This document shows positions 11,327 through 24,320 of a stretch of 64,000 bases of DNA, piece by piece. The stretch is from positions 52,516,001 to 52,580,000 of the forward strand of contig CM059432.1 in the NCBI GenBank assembly GCA_030390025.1, read 5' to 3'. The notes under the pieces are model-generated. The model was not told the DNA's origin and did not search any database. It saw only the letters and a program-made list of their open reading frames with translations. The translations under genes were made by a program, and so were the position numbers. The stretch comes from Squalus acanthias. Its lineage: Eukaryota. The stretch's first letter is position 1. Every line of letters starts with the position of its first letter.

Positions 11327-12224
11327 ACTGTTTATTAGAAAAAATTGTGCTTGGGATCGAGGCACGAGAACAGGCTGGCAGCGGGACGGAAGATTTTTGC
11401 GGGGATCTGAGGAGCTCTCCTGCTGCTCCTGGTCCAACAAAATCTTAAAAAAAAACTAACTTTCTGGAGCGGCCTCCAGCGGTCACTTTAAGGATCGCCA
11501 GTTAGGGCTCTCAACGCCTGGAGAAATGGAACTGACATGCGCCGTGCATGCTCTACCCATTTCTATTCGTAAGTTGCAATCGGGGTTTTACAACAGGCGT
11601 AGGACCCTGATTTGTATAACTAAACGACCTCCATTTAAACACCTGCCTGAAAGTTGCTTCAGGTGGGCAAATGGGTGCACAAGTTCCCCACCAAACTATC
11701 AACTGCCGGTCGCCCGTTTTTCAGCGAGCGGCCAGCAGTAGAAAGTCTCCTCCTTGGTCTGTTGTCTATTGTACACAGAGAAAATAAAAACGAATTGCTG
11801 TGTAGTACTTTGTAGTATACTATATTGTTTGCGCAGGCTGGGCTTCTTAATTGTCAGCACTACTGCTAAGCATATGACAGACAGGTCACACTGCTAACTA
11901 TATGATTAATATACTGTGGCAACAATAGATAAAACAAAATATCATTAAGCACAACCAACCATGGGCAAGAATTTGTCTGGTTGCTATTTCTCGAAGAACA
12001 TGTTTACAATTACACTAGAAATACCCAGCAGAATTCAGTGAGGATGTTCTTACACAAAGGGATTTTTTATTCACATGTACTACACTTTAATAAATTACAG
12101 GATATAACATTTGGAGAGGATACCAATTGGTAACGCTTAAAACATTTACTATAAGTGTGCTATCATTACCATCATGTTCTGGCTACATTTTGTGTGAAGT
12201 AATGCATTTTACAATCTAATGCAG

Positions 12225-12409
12225 GGCCACCTCATGATGTTATGTACACTGAGGTCAGAAAGAACTCACTGGTACTCACCTGGAAAACTCCAGTGTATAC
12301 AGGCCGTAGTGAGGTGACTGGGTTCTATGCTGACATACGGGAGGCAGATGCAGATGAAGAAAAGTGGAGAAGTGTCAATGAAAAGGAAACATCAAAGAGA
12401 TACATAAAG
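12225..12409 (+). CDS. MYOM1: Myomesin-1 exon, FnIII My8 N-half
   Basis: atgcag|GGCCACCT ... ATAAAG|gtaaag; GPPHDVMYTEVRKNSLVLTWKTPVYTGRSEVTGFY...KRYIK. Confidence 0.96.
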
Positions 12410-13029
12410 GTAAAGGGCAGATTATAATTCTTATTCTCTTAAATTAATTTTATGATCACACTTGTTTGAACTGCTTTGTAGCGCGGCAACATTCCCAATT
12501 TACAAAATGAACTACATATCGATTACTAAAAGCAACCATCTAGTCCTATTCTTAAGCTGATATTTCAGTTATTTTAACAAACTTCATTCTTGTACAGCTG
12601 TTGGCCTAGAAAGGTGCTAAATGGTCTCCTAAGCCTCCAATATGGCAGGTAGGAAGTGCACGCTCATTACAAGCCAGAAGTGCGTCGCCTGCCATATTGG
12701 TAAAGCCAAAGAATCGGTGTGCAGTGCCCATGCCTGAAACAGGCATTAGGCTCTTTGCATATGCAACTAAGGGGCCTAACGCCTGTTTGAGGCCCCCACC
12801 ACAAAACTACTGGGCCTCTCCATTCAGACGCAGAGATCGTTTACTGGGGATGCAAGGATCTGAGGGGGAGGGGGAGGAAGAAGATGGGTATTTTGTGGCA
12901 TGTGGAGAGTTGGCAAGCAACTCGATGTTCTCTATCATATTCATTGGTGGAATGGTAATAAAAAGGGACCGACAAGGTTAACTTTTAAATCATCCTGAAG
13001 TCTCACCAATACCTTAACATTGCCAACAG

Positions 13030-13144
13030 GTACAAAATCTGAAAGAAGGTGTGAGCTATGTTTTCCGTGTGCGGGCTGTGAACAGGGCAGGTGTTGGAAA
13101 ACCATCAGATTTAACAGAGCCGGTCACCGCAGAAACAACCCCAG
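13030..13144 (+). CDS. MYOM1: Myomesin-1 exon, FnIII My8 C-half
   Basis: caacag|GTACAAAAT ... CCAG|gtttgt; VQNLKEGVSYVFRVRAVNRAGVGKPSDLTEPVTAETTP. Confidence 0.96.
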
Positions 13145-14377
13145 GTTTGTTTTGTCAGTTTGCAGAAATGACTCAAAATAGAAAAATTATCTTATTCACA
13201 AGGGGTGGATTGAAGTGAAATGAAGTAAGTGAGTTTTGATTATAACTGTCACTCTGTACATTCACTTGCTTCTGTAAAATAAAACAGCTCAATGATTCGT
13301 ACCTGGCCTTATCTCATTCAGGTGCAATCAGTCCACCTCCTAAAAGAAGTGCAGTTGAAGGCAAGTGTGAAAGACACAATATCCAGTTCAGATCGCAAAG
13401 GGGTACCATCATTTCCCCCACCCCCCCACCCGGGTTCCATTATTGTATGATTAGACATTGGGCAGTGTGCACACATTCCTCAACATATTAGACAGACTGA
13501 CCGGCACCACTAAACCCGAGAAAATATCTAAGGCAAATCCAAAAATTGTAGCACACTGTCTATGTTGAGTTAGCTGATCTCAGTTGCAGCAATAAGATAT
13601 TGCAATTAACCCGAATGCCCCTGAGAGAAGAAATTTGACCAGGGTTGTCCTCCTGATAGCTACCCAGCTGGAATTATTTTGTGTGCAAGCAAGGCTCGGT
13701 TCTGATGCACTGTGAGGTTAAATAGCTTACTGACACTAGCTAGCCTCCCATGTGAAGAATGTACACTTGGGTAAGGTGTCAGAGGGTGCCCGGGATCACT
13801 GAAATTGAGCCAAGCAGAGATCAAATGCCTTAACCCTGACTGATATTTCCCTGCTTGGCCCAAAGGCACCAAGGCCAGTTATAGCATCCCTCATACCACT
13901 CTAACTGTCTCATCTCTGTCAGCACAGGCTGAGAATCAAATCTTGGACTCTCTGGTCTCTATAACTCAGGTTGACCTTACCAACTCAGCCAATGAGCAAG
14001 TTTTCCAGTATTTTCTGCTTTTATTGCAGATTTCCAATTTTTTTCTATTCTCTTGTAATATAGCTGACCTGCAGGGCTATCAACTTTGGACAAATCCTAG
14101 TGCTCAGATTTTCAGTTGTGAGCCACATCCCTGAGGCATCATCTCACAGAAAAAAACATAAATGTGGTTTAAATTACCGTGATGTGCTCATCAGAGAGCT
14201 AAACAAGCCTTTCGTTAATTTCTTCAGACAAAAGAGCACATTTCAGAGAGAAGCAATGAAATTCTATAGTTTATTATTACATGAAACCTTCATTATCTGC
14301 CACATTGGAGGGAACCCTCTGCTAGATAATGGAAATTGGTGGATAATTGAGAACGCCTAATTTTTGGTCTTATAGAA

Positions 14378-14805
14378 GAAAAAGAAAGACTTGCATTTAT
14401 ATAGCGCCTTTCACAACCACCGGATGTCCCAAAGTGCTTTACAGCCAATTAAGTACTTTTTGATTGTAATGCAGGAAACGTGGCAGCCAATTTGCACACA
14501 ACAAGCACCCACAAACAGCAATGTGATAATGACCAGATAATCTGTTTTTAGTGATGTTGATTGAGGGATAAATATTGGCCAGGACACTGGGGATAACTCC
14601 CCTGCTCTTCTTTGAAATTGTGCCATGGAATCTTTTACATCCGCTTGAGAGCGCAGACAGGGCCTCGATTTAACGTCTCATCCGAAAGACGACACCTCTG
14701 ACAGTGCAGCACTCCCTCAGTACTGCACTGGAGTGTCAGCCTAGATTTTTGTGCTCAAATCCCTGGACTCAGAGGCGAGAGTGCTACCCACTGATCCACA
14801 GCTGA
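14378..14805 (-). mobile_element. SacSINE1/DeuSINE-like SINE
   Basis: L2-type tail (TTGCATTTATATAGCGCCTTTCAC), Deu-like core (CAGTACTGCACTGGAGTGTCAGCC) and tRNA-like head (GAGTGCTACCCACTG) on the reverse strand. Confidence 0.75.
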
Positions 14806-15633
14806 TGCATGGTATTACAATACGTCAGGGAAAAAGGACAACTATAAATATATATACTATTAATAAACTATTCTATAAATAAAGAAATATTAGCAAATTC
14901 TCTGAAATGAGGCAATGTTTTCTGTAAGGCTTCTTCCCATGAACATCCAGATAGATAATCAGGAATGTGGATAATTGTAATGTGGATAACAAATGTTCCA
15001 TTGTACGAATCTGCCTGACCAACATGCTTCAGATTTCTTTAACTCCTGCGCACAATATTGCAACACTTACTCTTATTTCACTGGAATCATTTGTGTAACA
15101 TGTAAAACCATTCTCACTTAAATCTAATGGTAAATCAAACAAGCATCCCTGTGTTCAAAGCATCAACACTCTGGGACACCAGCAGAAAATTGTAACTCAG
15201 GCTGGGTAGAGAGAGGCAGCAGATCTCGGGTGGCTGGAGATAGTTAACAATAACATTGGGACCTAGGCAGCAGATGAGAAGAAACAGCAGTAGCATAGAG
15301 ACTTGAGCTTCTGTTTTCAAAAAGCCAGCCAATCCCTGTATGTATCACCAAATTTCATTTCTCACAGTGCCGAGCAGCTCATATAACATATAGGGCCTGT
15401 CTGTCCAGCTCCGCTCAATAGGAAAAGCGGTCCTCCTGCATAGGTGTGGGATTGCAAGAAGTGAAATCATGTGAGACTCCCACCAAATGCACAAGAGTTG
15501 GTGTATCTGCTGAGCTGGCAGTATTTGAACAAAAAGTTCCAGTCTGCAAGCATTGACATTGTCAGATTGATCAGCAACAAACTTATAAGGAAAATTGGAA
15601 TTCGGCAAGCAATCTTTTATTGTCTTTTTTCAG

Positions 15634-15790
15634 GTACCAAAGAGATGGTGGTAAATGTGGATGACGATGGGGTTATTTCTCTGATCTTTGAAAGTGCTGT
15701 CATGGCTGAAGGTTCGAAGTTTATTTGGTCTAAGAATTATGAAGAACTGATTGACTCATCAAGAGTTACTATGGAGACCAAAGGCGGAAA
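15634..15790 (+). CDS. MYOM1: Myomesin-1 exon, Ig My9 N-part
   Basis: tttcag|GTACCAAAG ... GGAAA|gtaatt; GTKEMVVNVDDDGVISLIFESAVMAEGSKFIWSKNYEELIDSSRVTMETKGG. Confidence 0.96.
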
Positions 15791-16733
15791 GTAATTACAT
15801 TTTTCTGTTATTACAATATAATAGGGGCCCTTGCTGCCTCTCTTGTCTGATTCTTTCGGGGAGATCCTGACCCCCTTTTTTTACCAAGTTTAGTTGTAGT
15901 GCTGGATACAGCTGGCGAAAGGAAAAGCAGCTTATTTAGGCAGAGAAGAGGATGCTATCAACCAAAGTAGCCGTGTTATATACGTTGCTGGAAATAACCT
16001 CAAATATGTGGAATCAAAATGTTTTGAATAGGCTCCACTCTGCATCAGTGTATTCGCCAATGTATTTATTAACTATACCAGAATATTAGTAAACTAAAAG
16101 GATTATTGAGGCATTTTGTTAATTCATCAATACTTTGGTCGTGGTAATATTCAACTTGATTTATACACTGGTTATCCGATGCCCTCGCCGACAGGTGCAC
16201 TATTGTTAGTTTGATATCAAGTGCTGATTGCTTCAACAAATTTTGTCGCACCATGTTGCATCATATCAAAGTTTAATCATTATATTAACAACATTTCATG
16301 GAAAAGTCATATGGTAAACACGTAGCATATCAGTAAGAAACTAGAAAAGACGCAAACAAATTTTCTGGATTTACGCAAATAATGTGCTGCCGCAGACTTA
16401 CGCCCAAAAATTTAGGTGCAGCGCAGCCCGAAGTCACCTGGTATCGGCGTAACTGAGATTTCTTGAGTTTGATAGGGATTTCCTTTGCAATTTATTTTGA
16501 TTTTTCCTTGCTGAGCCAGGCACTATACTTAGCCAAAGTGCTGTCAGTCTCAGCGCACCTGAAAATTTTCATCCCCTCATCCCCTCCCATGTGTTCAGAA
16601 AGATGAAGCAGCTGGAATGCCCTTCCCATTGGGCATACCATGCATAATAACGGAAGAGAAAGAGGAGCAAGAGAGACCAGAGGCTCTGGGAGTAAGGCGC
16701 CATGGTAAAAGACAGCAGCCTATAACTTATTAC

Positions 16734-16872
16734 CAATGTTCCCCGTAATTTTTTTTTTGGTTGCGTGGCCCCTTTAAGGGGCTGCGCGGGCCAATCACAG
16801 TTTCGCGCATACGCGAACTTTAACATTGCAAAAGCCGGTCCTGGGCTGTGCAGCCGCTTATAGGGAACATTG
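16734..16872. mobile_element. 139-bp hAT-type MITE
   Basis: TIR CAATGTTCCC / GGGAACATTG with a perfect 8-bp TSD CTTATTAC (16726-16733, 16873-16880). Nested in a larger palindromic element at ~16360-17050. Confidence 0.85.
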
Positions 16873-17462
16873 CTTATTACCCTACTGATGGCACTGCATT
16901 TGCCCTTGTTTTATGCTGGTTTTTAGGATCCAGCGTAGGCAAATGAGCTCCGCAGCAAATTTTGGCTGAAGTTCTTGTCGCAAGATCGGCCCAGAAACTA
17001 GGGTAAATTTTGGCGTGATTTCTGCGTAAATTGAATTCAGGAAATTCAGGGTCATTATGTCAAAAGAAAAGCATGGAAAGATAGTACAATACATTGAGCT
17101 CCAGAACCCCATGCCTGTGCATTGATAGGCCACAAGTTAATCCCACCATTTCCTACGTAATGAGTGCTTGATCTTTGCTGTGCATTGTAGGAGGTGCAAG
17201 ACAGAGGTATGTCTTCTCAGGAAGGGAAGGAGAATCAGAAAGAGTCATTCCAGTAATGCACATCTCTTGGTAACGGGTTACTGAGCAATATTTTTAAACA
17301 TAGATAACTTTCTACAGTATGGTCCATGGCATTGGCAGATCTAGAGAGGGGAAAACAAAAAGGAAATCAACACAACAAATACAAAAGTATACACGGAATA
17401 TGCTGCTCAACAGCAAATATACAATGTGCTTAAATATCTTGAATTACTTCTTTCTCAAATAG

Positions 17463-17569
17463 GACACAGCTCATTTTCAATGACCCAGGGAAGGAAGATT
17501 TGGGTGTATACTCTTGTGTTGTCACTGAAACAGATGGAGTTTCTTCCAGCTATACCATAGATGAAGCAG
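17463..17569 (+). CDS. MYOM1: Myomesin-1 exon, Ig My9 C-part
   Basis: aaatag|GACACAG ... GCAG|gtatat; KTQLIFNDPGKEDLGVYSCVVTETDGVSSSYTIDEA. Confidence 0.95.
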
Positions 17570-17953
17570 GTATATTCAATTATGTTTACAAATCCAATTT
17601 ACAGAGAAAGCTACTAAAAGATTTTTAAAATGGTGATTGGAATCACATCTGAAGCTAATTTCTCCACTGGTATTTTGGGCTATTGCTCACAACCATAAGC
17701 ACTAAACCCTGTGGAAAATATTAAAAATTGAGGTAGGAGTAGCAACTGGCACTACATGCAGAAGTTTGGTTTCTCTTGTCAGAATTAAACAGGCAGGAAG
17801 GACACATGTTCGGAACAGGCAGGGTCCTTCTTTAAATATGCAGATTGGGCTCTGATGACATAATCGAGGCCCGACTGCAATTTTAACCAGTGGCCTGAGC
17901 AGCAAAGGCATTAGGGGGAATTTTAACCCCCAAAATCAGGTGGGTTGGGGTCG

Positions 17954-18395
17954 TTTCTTTTTATTCGTTCCTGGGATGTGGTTGTCGCTGGCAAGGCCAG
18001 CATTTATTGCCCATCCCTAATTGCCCTTGAGAAGGTGGTGGTGAGCCACCGCCTTGAACTGCTGCAGTCTGTGTGGTGAAGGTACTCCCACAGTGCTGTT
18101 AGGGAGGGAGTTCCAGGATTTTGACCCAGCGACGATGAAGGATCGGCGATATACTTCTAAGTCAGGATGGTGTGTGACTTGGGGGGGATCTTGGAGGTGG
18201 TGCTGTTCCAATGCGCCTGCTGCCCTTGTCCTTCTAGGTGGTAGAGGTCACGGGTTTGGGAGGTGCTGTTGAAGAAGCCTTGGCAAGTTGCTGCAGTGCA
18301 TCTTGTAGATGGTACACACTGCAGCCACGGTACGCCGGTGGTGGAGGGAGTGAATGTTTAAGGTGGTGGATGGGGTGTCAATCAAACGGGCTGCC
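17954..18395 (-). mobile_element. LINE 3' end (RTE-X-like), inserted into a GC-rich element
   Basis: ORF2 C-terminus ...YRRSFIVAGSKSWNSLPNSTVGVPSPH...HHHLLKGN* plus 3' UTR. The host element resumes at ~18393. Confidence 0.8.
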
Positions 18396-19239
18396 CACTT
18401 CCAATTTTAATGGGGGCGGGATGGAGGCTGGCAGCCAACCCCCTCACAGGAGGCGGGTTGGCACTATAAATATTATAATGAGGCTCCGTGCTTCATGGTG
18501 ATCCGCCATTTTAAATTTAACTCTGGGCAGGACAGTTTCCCAGGCCTCAGGGAACCTGCCAGCTAAAGGAAGCCGAAGACTGCTGGATCCAGGAGGTAAA
18601 TGCTCTTCCACTTACCTGCTGGATCCAGCGTTCCTGTCTCGCCAACCCCACGCAATCGGACATTGATCCTTCTGATCTCCCCCCTGAGGCCTCCGACACC
18701 CCCCACGAGGCCTCCAATCTCCGATCCCCCCTCCGGCCCCCCATGCCCCTTCGGCCTTCCGACCTCCCCCTCCGGCCCCCTATCCCACTCTAGCCTTCCG
18801 ACCTCCCCCTCCAGCCCCCGATTATCTTCCGACCTCCCCCTCTGGCCCCCAATTAGTGTCAGAACCTTTTGGGCAGCATTAGCTGCTGTAGTCATTTAAC
18901 AAATCTGTATCTGTGGAATATGCAATACTGGTAAAGGTCTGGTAAAGTAAATGTAGTAGCAGCTCCTTATAACATTGCAACCTGATAATTTTCTAATTTG
19001 GATAATTAATAGGATTAGCGTAGCTCCCTTTCAGATTTGTACTGAAAAGTAAAATGTACTATGCATCATTTATGTTGCCAAGGGGTATCATTCTTGATGC
19101 AGGTAACAATGTAATTGTGGATAAATTAATACTTTATTTGGCACAAAGTGTTGAGCTAATGTAATTTAAAACACAGATTTATATAATGTGCTTAAAAATA
19201 AATAACAATGATGGCAGGATGAGCACTAAACCATGAAGG

Positions 19240-19685
19240 AATTTAAGCACGTGGATGAGAAATTTAAAAATGAGACGTTGGGGGACCAGGAGCCAATGTA
19301 GGTCAGTGAGCACAGTTGTGATGGCTGAGCAAATTTGGTGAGGGATAAGATATGGGCAGCAGAGTTTATGGATTAGCTGAAGTTTACGGAGGGAGGAGGA
19401 TGGGAGGCCAATCAGGGGAGCATTGGAGTAGTCGAATCTGGAGGGGACAGAGACATGGCTGAGGGTTTTGGCAGCAGATGGGCTGAGGCAGGGGCAAAGA
19501 CAGGCAATGTTAGGGAGAGGTTATGGGGTCGGAAGCTCATATTGGGGTCAAATAGGAGACCGAGGTTGCAAACAGTCTGTTTGAACTGAGATGGTGGCTG
19601 GGGAGGGGGCTGGAATCGATGGCAAGGATACAGAGATTATGGCAGGGGTTGAAGATGATGGCTTTGGGTTTCCCAGTGTTTATAA
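19240..19685 (-). mobile_element. L2 LINE fragment
   Basis: Similar to 60720-61200 (GGAGCCAATGTAGGTCAG..., GATGGCTTTGG..TTCCCAGTGTTTA). Confidence 0.7.
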
Positions 19686-19856
19686 ATGCAAGTTGTTGTT
19701 GTTTTTGTGTCATTTGATCCATTCTATTAGGTTATAGCCTAAATTTATGGTTTGGGATTTAATTTAACAATTTGGGAGGAAATTTACAAAAATATTCATG
19801 CAGCTTTGTCAAAAATTGTTAAAGTTGTTTGAATCTGTTTTCTCTTCTCTTCGCAG

Positions 19857-19901
19857 AGTTGCTGCGTCTGCTCGAACTGAGTCATGAACATAAATTCCCA
19901 G
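19857..19901 (+). CDS. MYOM1: Myomesin-1 exon, My9-My10 helical linker
   Basis: tcgcag|AGTTG ... CCAG|gtaagt; ELLRLLELSHEHKFP. Confidence 0.95.
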
Positions 19902-20032
19902 GTAAGTATTCTAAGCCTTATCATCATCTGGAGTTATGCTTGTTACTATCCTTTGATTTAATGCTGTAATCCTATTTAAAGTAACGTAAAATCTGACAGA
20001 GTGACACATGATGATATTACCTGTGTTGACAG

Positions 20033-20169
20033 TTGTACCTCTGAAGTCAGAACTAGCAGTTGAGCTACTGGACAAGGGACAAGTGCGCTTCTGGTTGGAG
20101 GCTGAACGTCTCTCTCCAAATGGACAATGTAAACTTGTATTTAATGACAAGGAGATTAAAAATGATGAG
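20033..20169 (+). CDS. MYOM1: Myomesin-1 exon, Ig My10 N-part
   Basis: tgacag|TTGTACCT ... GATGAG|gtgagt; VVPLKSELAVELLDKGQVRFWLEAERLSPNGQCKLVFNDKEIKNDE. Confidence 0.96.
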
Positions 20170-20413
20170 GTGAGTTTCTTACTAATTTCTGAAGCTCAAA
20201 TTTTAAAGGAATGTGTTAACGATTCCACCAGAAATAGCAAACACAGGAAATTGTCATCAACACACTTACAATGCTGAGACACATAGAGCAGAGAAATTAT
20301 TACCTGAAGGTTTCAAATGTGACCCAGGAATGAAGTAAAAACATCTCCTAGTTAGTTTAACTATTTTGAATTTACAAATCATAATAACAGTATTTACTCC
20401 AGAAATATCTTTT

Positions 20414-23400
20414 TAAATGCGTGGCTGGAGAGATGGTGCAGGAGGGAGGGCTTTAGATTCCTGGGACATTGGGACCGGTTCTGGGGGAGGTGGGACCTGT
20501 ACAGGCCAGACGGGTTGCACATCAACAGTGCTGGGACCAATATCCTCCCTAGTGCTGTTGGGGAGGACTTAAACTAACTTTGCAGGGGGATGGGCACCAG
20601 GATGTAGCATTAGAAAGGATTGGGAGAGACAGATAGCACTAAAGTAAGAAATAGTACGGTATTAAGTGGGGACAGACTAAGAGAGAATACAAGAAGGTTG
20701 AAGATAGGTTTACAGTGCATGTGTGTAAACGCACGAAGCGTGGTAAATAAGGTTGGTGAGCTGCAGGCGCAAATAGCCACATGGGAATATGATGTCGTGG
20801 CGATAACGGAGACCTGGCTCAAAAAAGGGCAGGATTGGGTACTAAATATTCCTGGATGTAAGGTGTTCAGGAAAGATAGGGAAGGAAAGAAAGTAGGTGG
20901 GATAGCAGTTTTGATTAAGGAGAATATTGCAGTGCTGGAGACAGAGGATGTCCTGGAGGGGTCAAGGACAGAATCTATTTGGTTAGAGTTAAGAAACAAT
21001 AGAGGTGCCATTACACTACTAGGTGTATTCTATAGGCCACCAAGTAGTTGGAAGGATTTAGAGGAGCAGATCTGCAGGGAAATTACAGAGAGGTACAAGA
21101 ACTATAGAGTAGTGATAATGGGGGCTTCAACTATCCTAATATAGACTGGGATAGTAATAGTGTAAAGGGCAGAGAGGGGGAAGAATTTCTGAAGTGTGTT
21201 CAGGAGAACTTTCTTGATCAGTACATTTCTGGCCCAACGAGGAAGGAGGCATTGCTGGTTCTGGAGAATGAGGTGGGTCAACTGGAGCAAGTGTCAGTAG
21301 GGGAACATTTAGGGAACAGTGATCTTAGTATCATAAGGTTTAGATTAGCTATGAAAAAGGACAGGAAGCAATCTGGAGTAAAAATACTTAATTGCAGGAA
21401 GGCCAATTTCAGTGGGTTGAGAATGGATCTGGCCTGGGTAAATTGGAATCAAGGATTGGCAGGCAAAACTATAATCAGACAATGATCTGCCTTTAAAGAG
21501 GAGATGGTTCGGGTAAAGTCGAGGTGCATTCCCACGAGAGGGAAAGATAGGGCAACCAAAGTCAGAGCTCCCTGGATGATGAAAGAGATAGAGAGTATGA
21601 TGAAGCAGAAAAAGGGGGCATATGACAAATGTAAGGTTGAGAATACAAGTGAGAACCAGGTTGAATATAGAAAGTTCAGAGGGGAAGCGAAAATGGAAAT
21701 AAGAGGGGCAAAGAGAGAATATGAAAATAGAGTGGCAGCTAACATAAAAGGGAATCCAAAAGTGTTCTATAGGCATATAAATAGTAAACGGTAGTAAGAA
21801 GAGGTTCTAAATTAGTACTTTGTATCTGTCTTCAACAAGGAAGAGAATGCTGCCAAAGTCATAGTAAAAGAGGAGATAGTTGAAATACTGGATGGGATAA
21901 AAATTGATAAAGAGGAGGTACTAGAAAGGTTGGCTGAACTTAAAGTAGATAAGTCACCAGGACCGGATGGGATGCATCCAAGGACGCTGAGGGAAGTAAA
22001 GGTGGAAATTGCAGAGGTACTGGCCATACTCTTCCAATCCTCCTTAGATACGGGGGTGGTGTCAGAGGACTGGAGAATTGCAAATATTACACCCTTATTC
22101 AAAAAAGGGTGTAAGGATAAACCCAGCAACTACAGGCCAGTCAGTTTAACCTCGGTAGTGGGGAAGTTTTTAGAAACGATAATCCGGGACAAAATTAAGT
22201 CACTTGGACAAGTGTGGATTAATTAAGGAAAGCCAGCATGGATTTGTTAAAGGCAAAATGTGTTTAATTAACTTGATTGAGTTTTTTGATGAGGTAACAG
22301 AGAGGGTTGATGAAGGCAATGCGGTTGACGGGTGTACATGGACTTCCAAAAGGTGTTTAATAAAGTGCCACATAATAGGCTTGCCAGCAAAGTTGAAGCT
22401 CATGGAATAAAAGGGACAGTGGCAGCATAGATATGAAATTGGCTAAGTGACAGGAAACAGAGAGTAGTGGTAAACGGTTGTTTTTTGGACTGGAGGAAGG
22501 TACACAGTAGTGTTCCCCAGGGGTTGATACTAGGACCACTGCTTTTCTTGATTTATATTAATGACTTGGACTTGGGTGTACAGGGCATAATTTCAAAATT
22601 TGTTGAAAACACAAAACTTGGAAGTATAGTGAACAGTGAGGAGGATAGTGATCGACTTCAAGAGGACATAGGCAGGCTGGTGGAATGGGCGGACAAGTTG
22701 TAGATGAAATTTAACGCAGAAAAGTGCGAAGTGATACATTTTGGTAGGAAGAACAAGGAGAGGCAATATAAACTAAACGGTACAATTCTAAAGGGGGTGC
22801 ATGAACAGAGAGACCTGGGGGTATATGTGCACAAATCGTTGAAGGTGGCATGGCAGGTTGAGAAAGTGGTTAAAAAAGCATACGGGATCCTGGGCTTTAT
22901 AAATAGAGGTATAGAGTACAAAAGCAAGGAAGTTATGATGAACCTTTATAAAACACTGGTTCGGCCTCAACTGGAGTATTGTGTCCAATTCTGGGCACCG
23001 CACTTTAGGAAGGATGTGAAGGCCTTAGAGAGGATGCAGAAAAGATTTACAAGAATGGTTCCGGGGCTGAGAGACTTCAGTTACGTGGATAGACTGGAGA
23101 AGCTGGGGTTGTTCTCCTTAGAGCAGAGAAGGTTGAGAGGAGATTTGATAGAGATGTTCAAAATCATGAGGGGTCTAGACAGAGTAGATGGAGAGAAACT
23201 GTTCCCATTGGCGGAAGGGTCGAGAACCAGAGGACACAGATTTAAGGTGATTGGCAAAAGGCGACATGAGGAAAAACTTTTTATACAGCGAGTGGTTAGG
23301 ATCTGGAATGCACTGCCTGAAAGGGTGGTGGAGACAGATTCAATTGTGGCTTTCAAAAGGGAATTGTATAAGTATCTGAAGGAAAAAAAATTGCTGGGCT

Positions 23401-23512
23401 ACAGGGAAAGGGCGGCGGAGTGGAACTGGCTGAAGTGCTCTTGCAGAGAGCCGGCACGAGCTCAATAGGCCAAATGGCCTACTTCTGTGCTGTAACTATT
23501 CTATGATTCTAT
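20414..23512 (+). mobile_element. 5'-truncated CR1 LINE (ORF1 esterase tail plus disrupted APE-RT ORF2)
   Basis: ORF1 end NAWLERWCRREGFRFLGHWDRFWGRWDLYRPDGLH; APE motifs NARS, VAITETWL; RT motifs KSPGPDG, NYRPVSLTS, PQGLILGPLLF; TTCTATGATTCTAT tail. Several stops and frameshifts. Confidence 0.93.
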
Positions 23513-24320
23513 TAGATACTGCAGCCGAGGAAGTTCCTAGCATTCATCGTTTACCTGGAAGGGCAGAACTATGGACTTCAGCATGGTGATTGTGATTGGC
23601 TGACAGGAAAAGCACTTGCAGTGGACAAGCCCAAAATGTCAGCTATTCCCTCCCCACCACTTCATTCAGTAGCCAAGTAAATGCTGGCCAAATTTCCTTG
23701 TAGCAATAGTTGCAAGTTGCGGAGTGACAGGCACCCCATCTATGCAAACCATGAGACTATCTGTTACAAGTCTACTTATTTTTGGAAAATTACATTGGAG
23801 TATTGATGTTTGAAGTATTATAGAAGAAGGAAGAGAGCTAGTAAATGATTCCAATGTTAATTAATACTGTGCCATTTTGAAAGAATTTTAATGTTTTTAA
23901 TTGTGAGTTATCATGTAAGAAACTCAGGCTAGGATTTGGTGGAATCCTCGTGCATTTTGGTTGGGACTGAAGGTTCACCAGCCTCAAACCCAGGCCTATT
24001 TTCTGAGGTCAGTCTATTTTGAATATGTTAGGCAGGCGTAGAATGCCTTTGGCAAATATTTCACATCTGCCGCAGTGTAACTTGGTAAGCAACCTTAGAA
24101 CTGCCTATTTAAAAAAAAACACCTTAACATGTGCAATTGATCACTCTGCGATGAACTGCACAGGCCCAGGTGGACCTCCAATTTTTTAATTCCCTTCTGC
24201 ACAAGCATTCCTAGCACTCGCTGTTGCTAAAGTGAAAATGAAGGGAAATATGTTAGATGATATATTTCAGTCAGTTGATTGTCATTATAATACACTGGCC
24301 TATGTTTGGGTGGAGATATT

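Noticed and set aside
20620..23468. Active, intact CR1 element
   Set aside because: ORF2 has several stops and frameshifts, and ORF1 is 5'-truncated.
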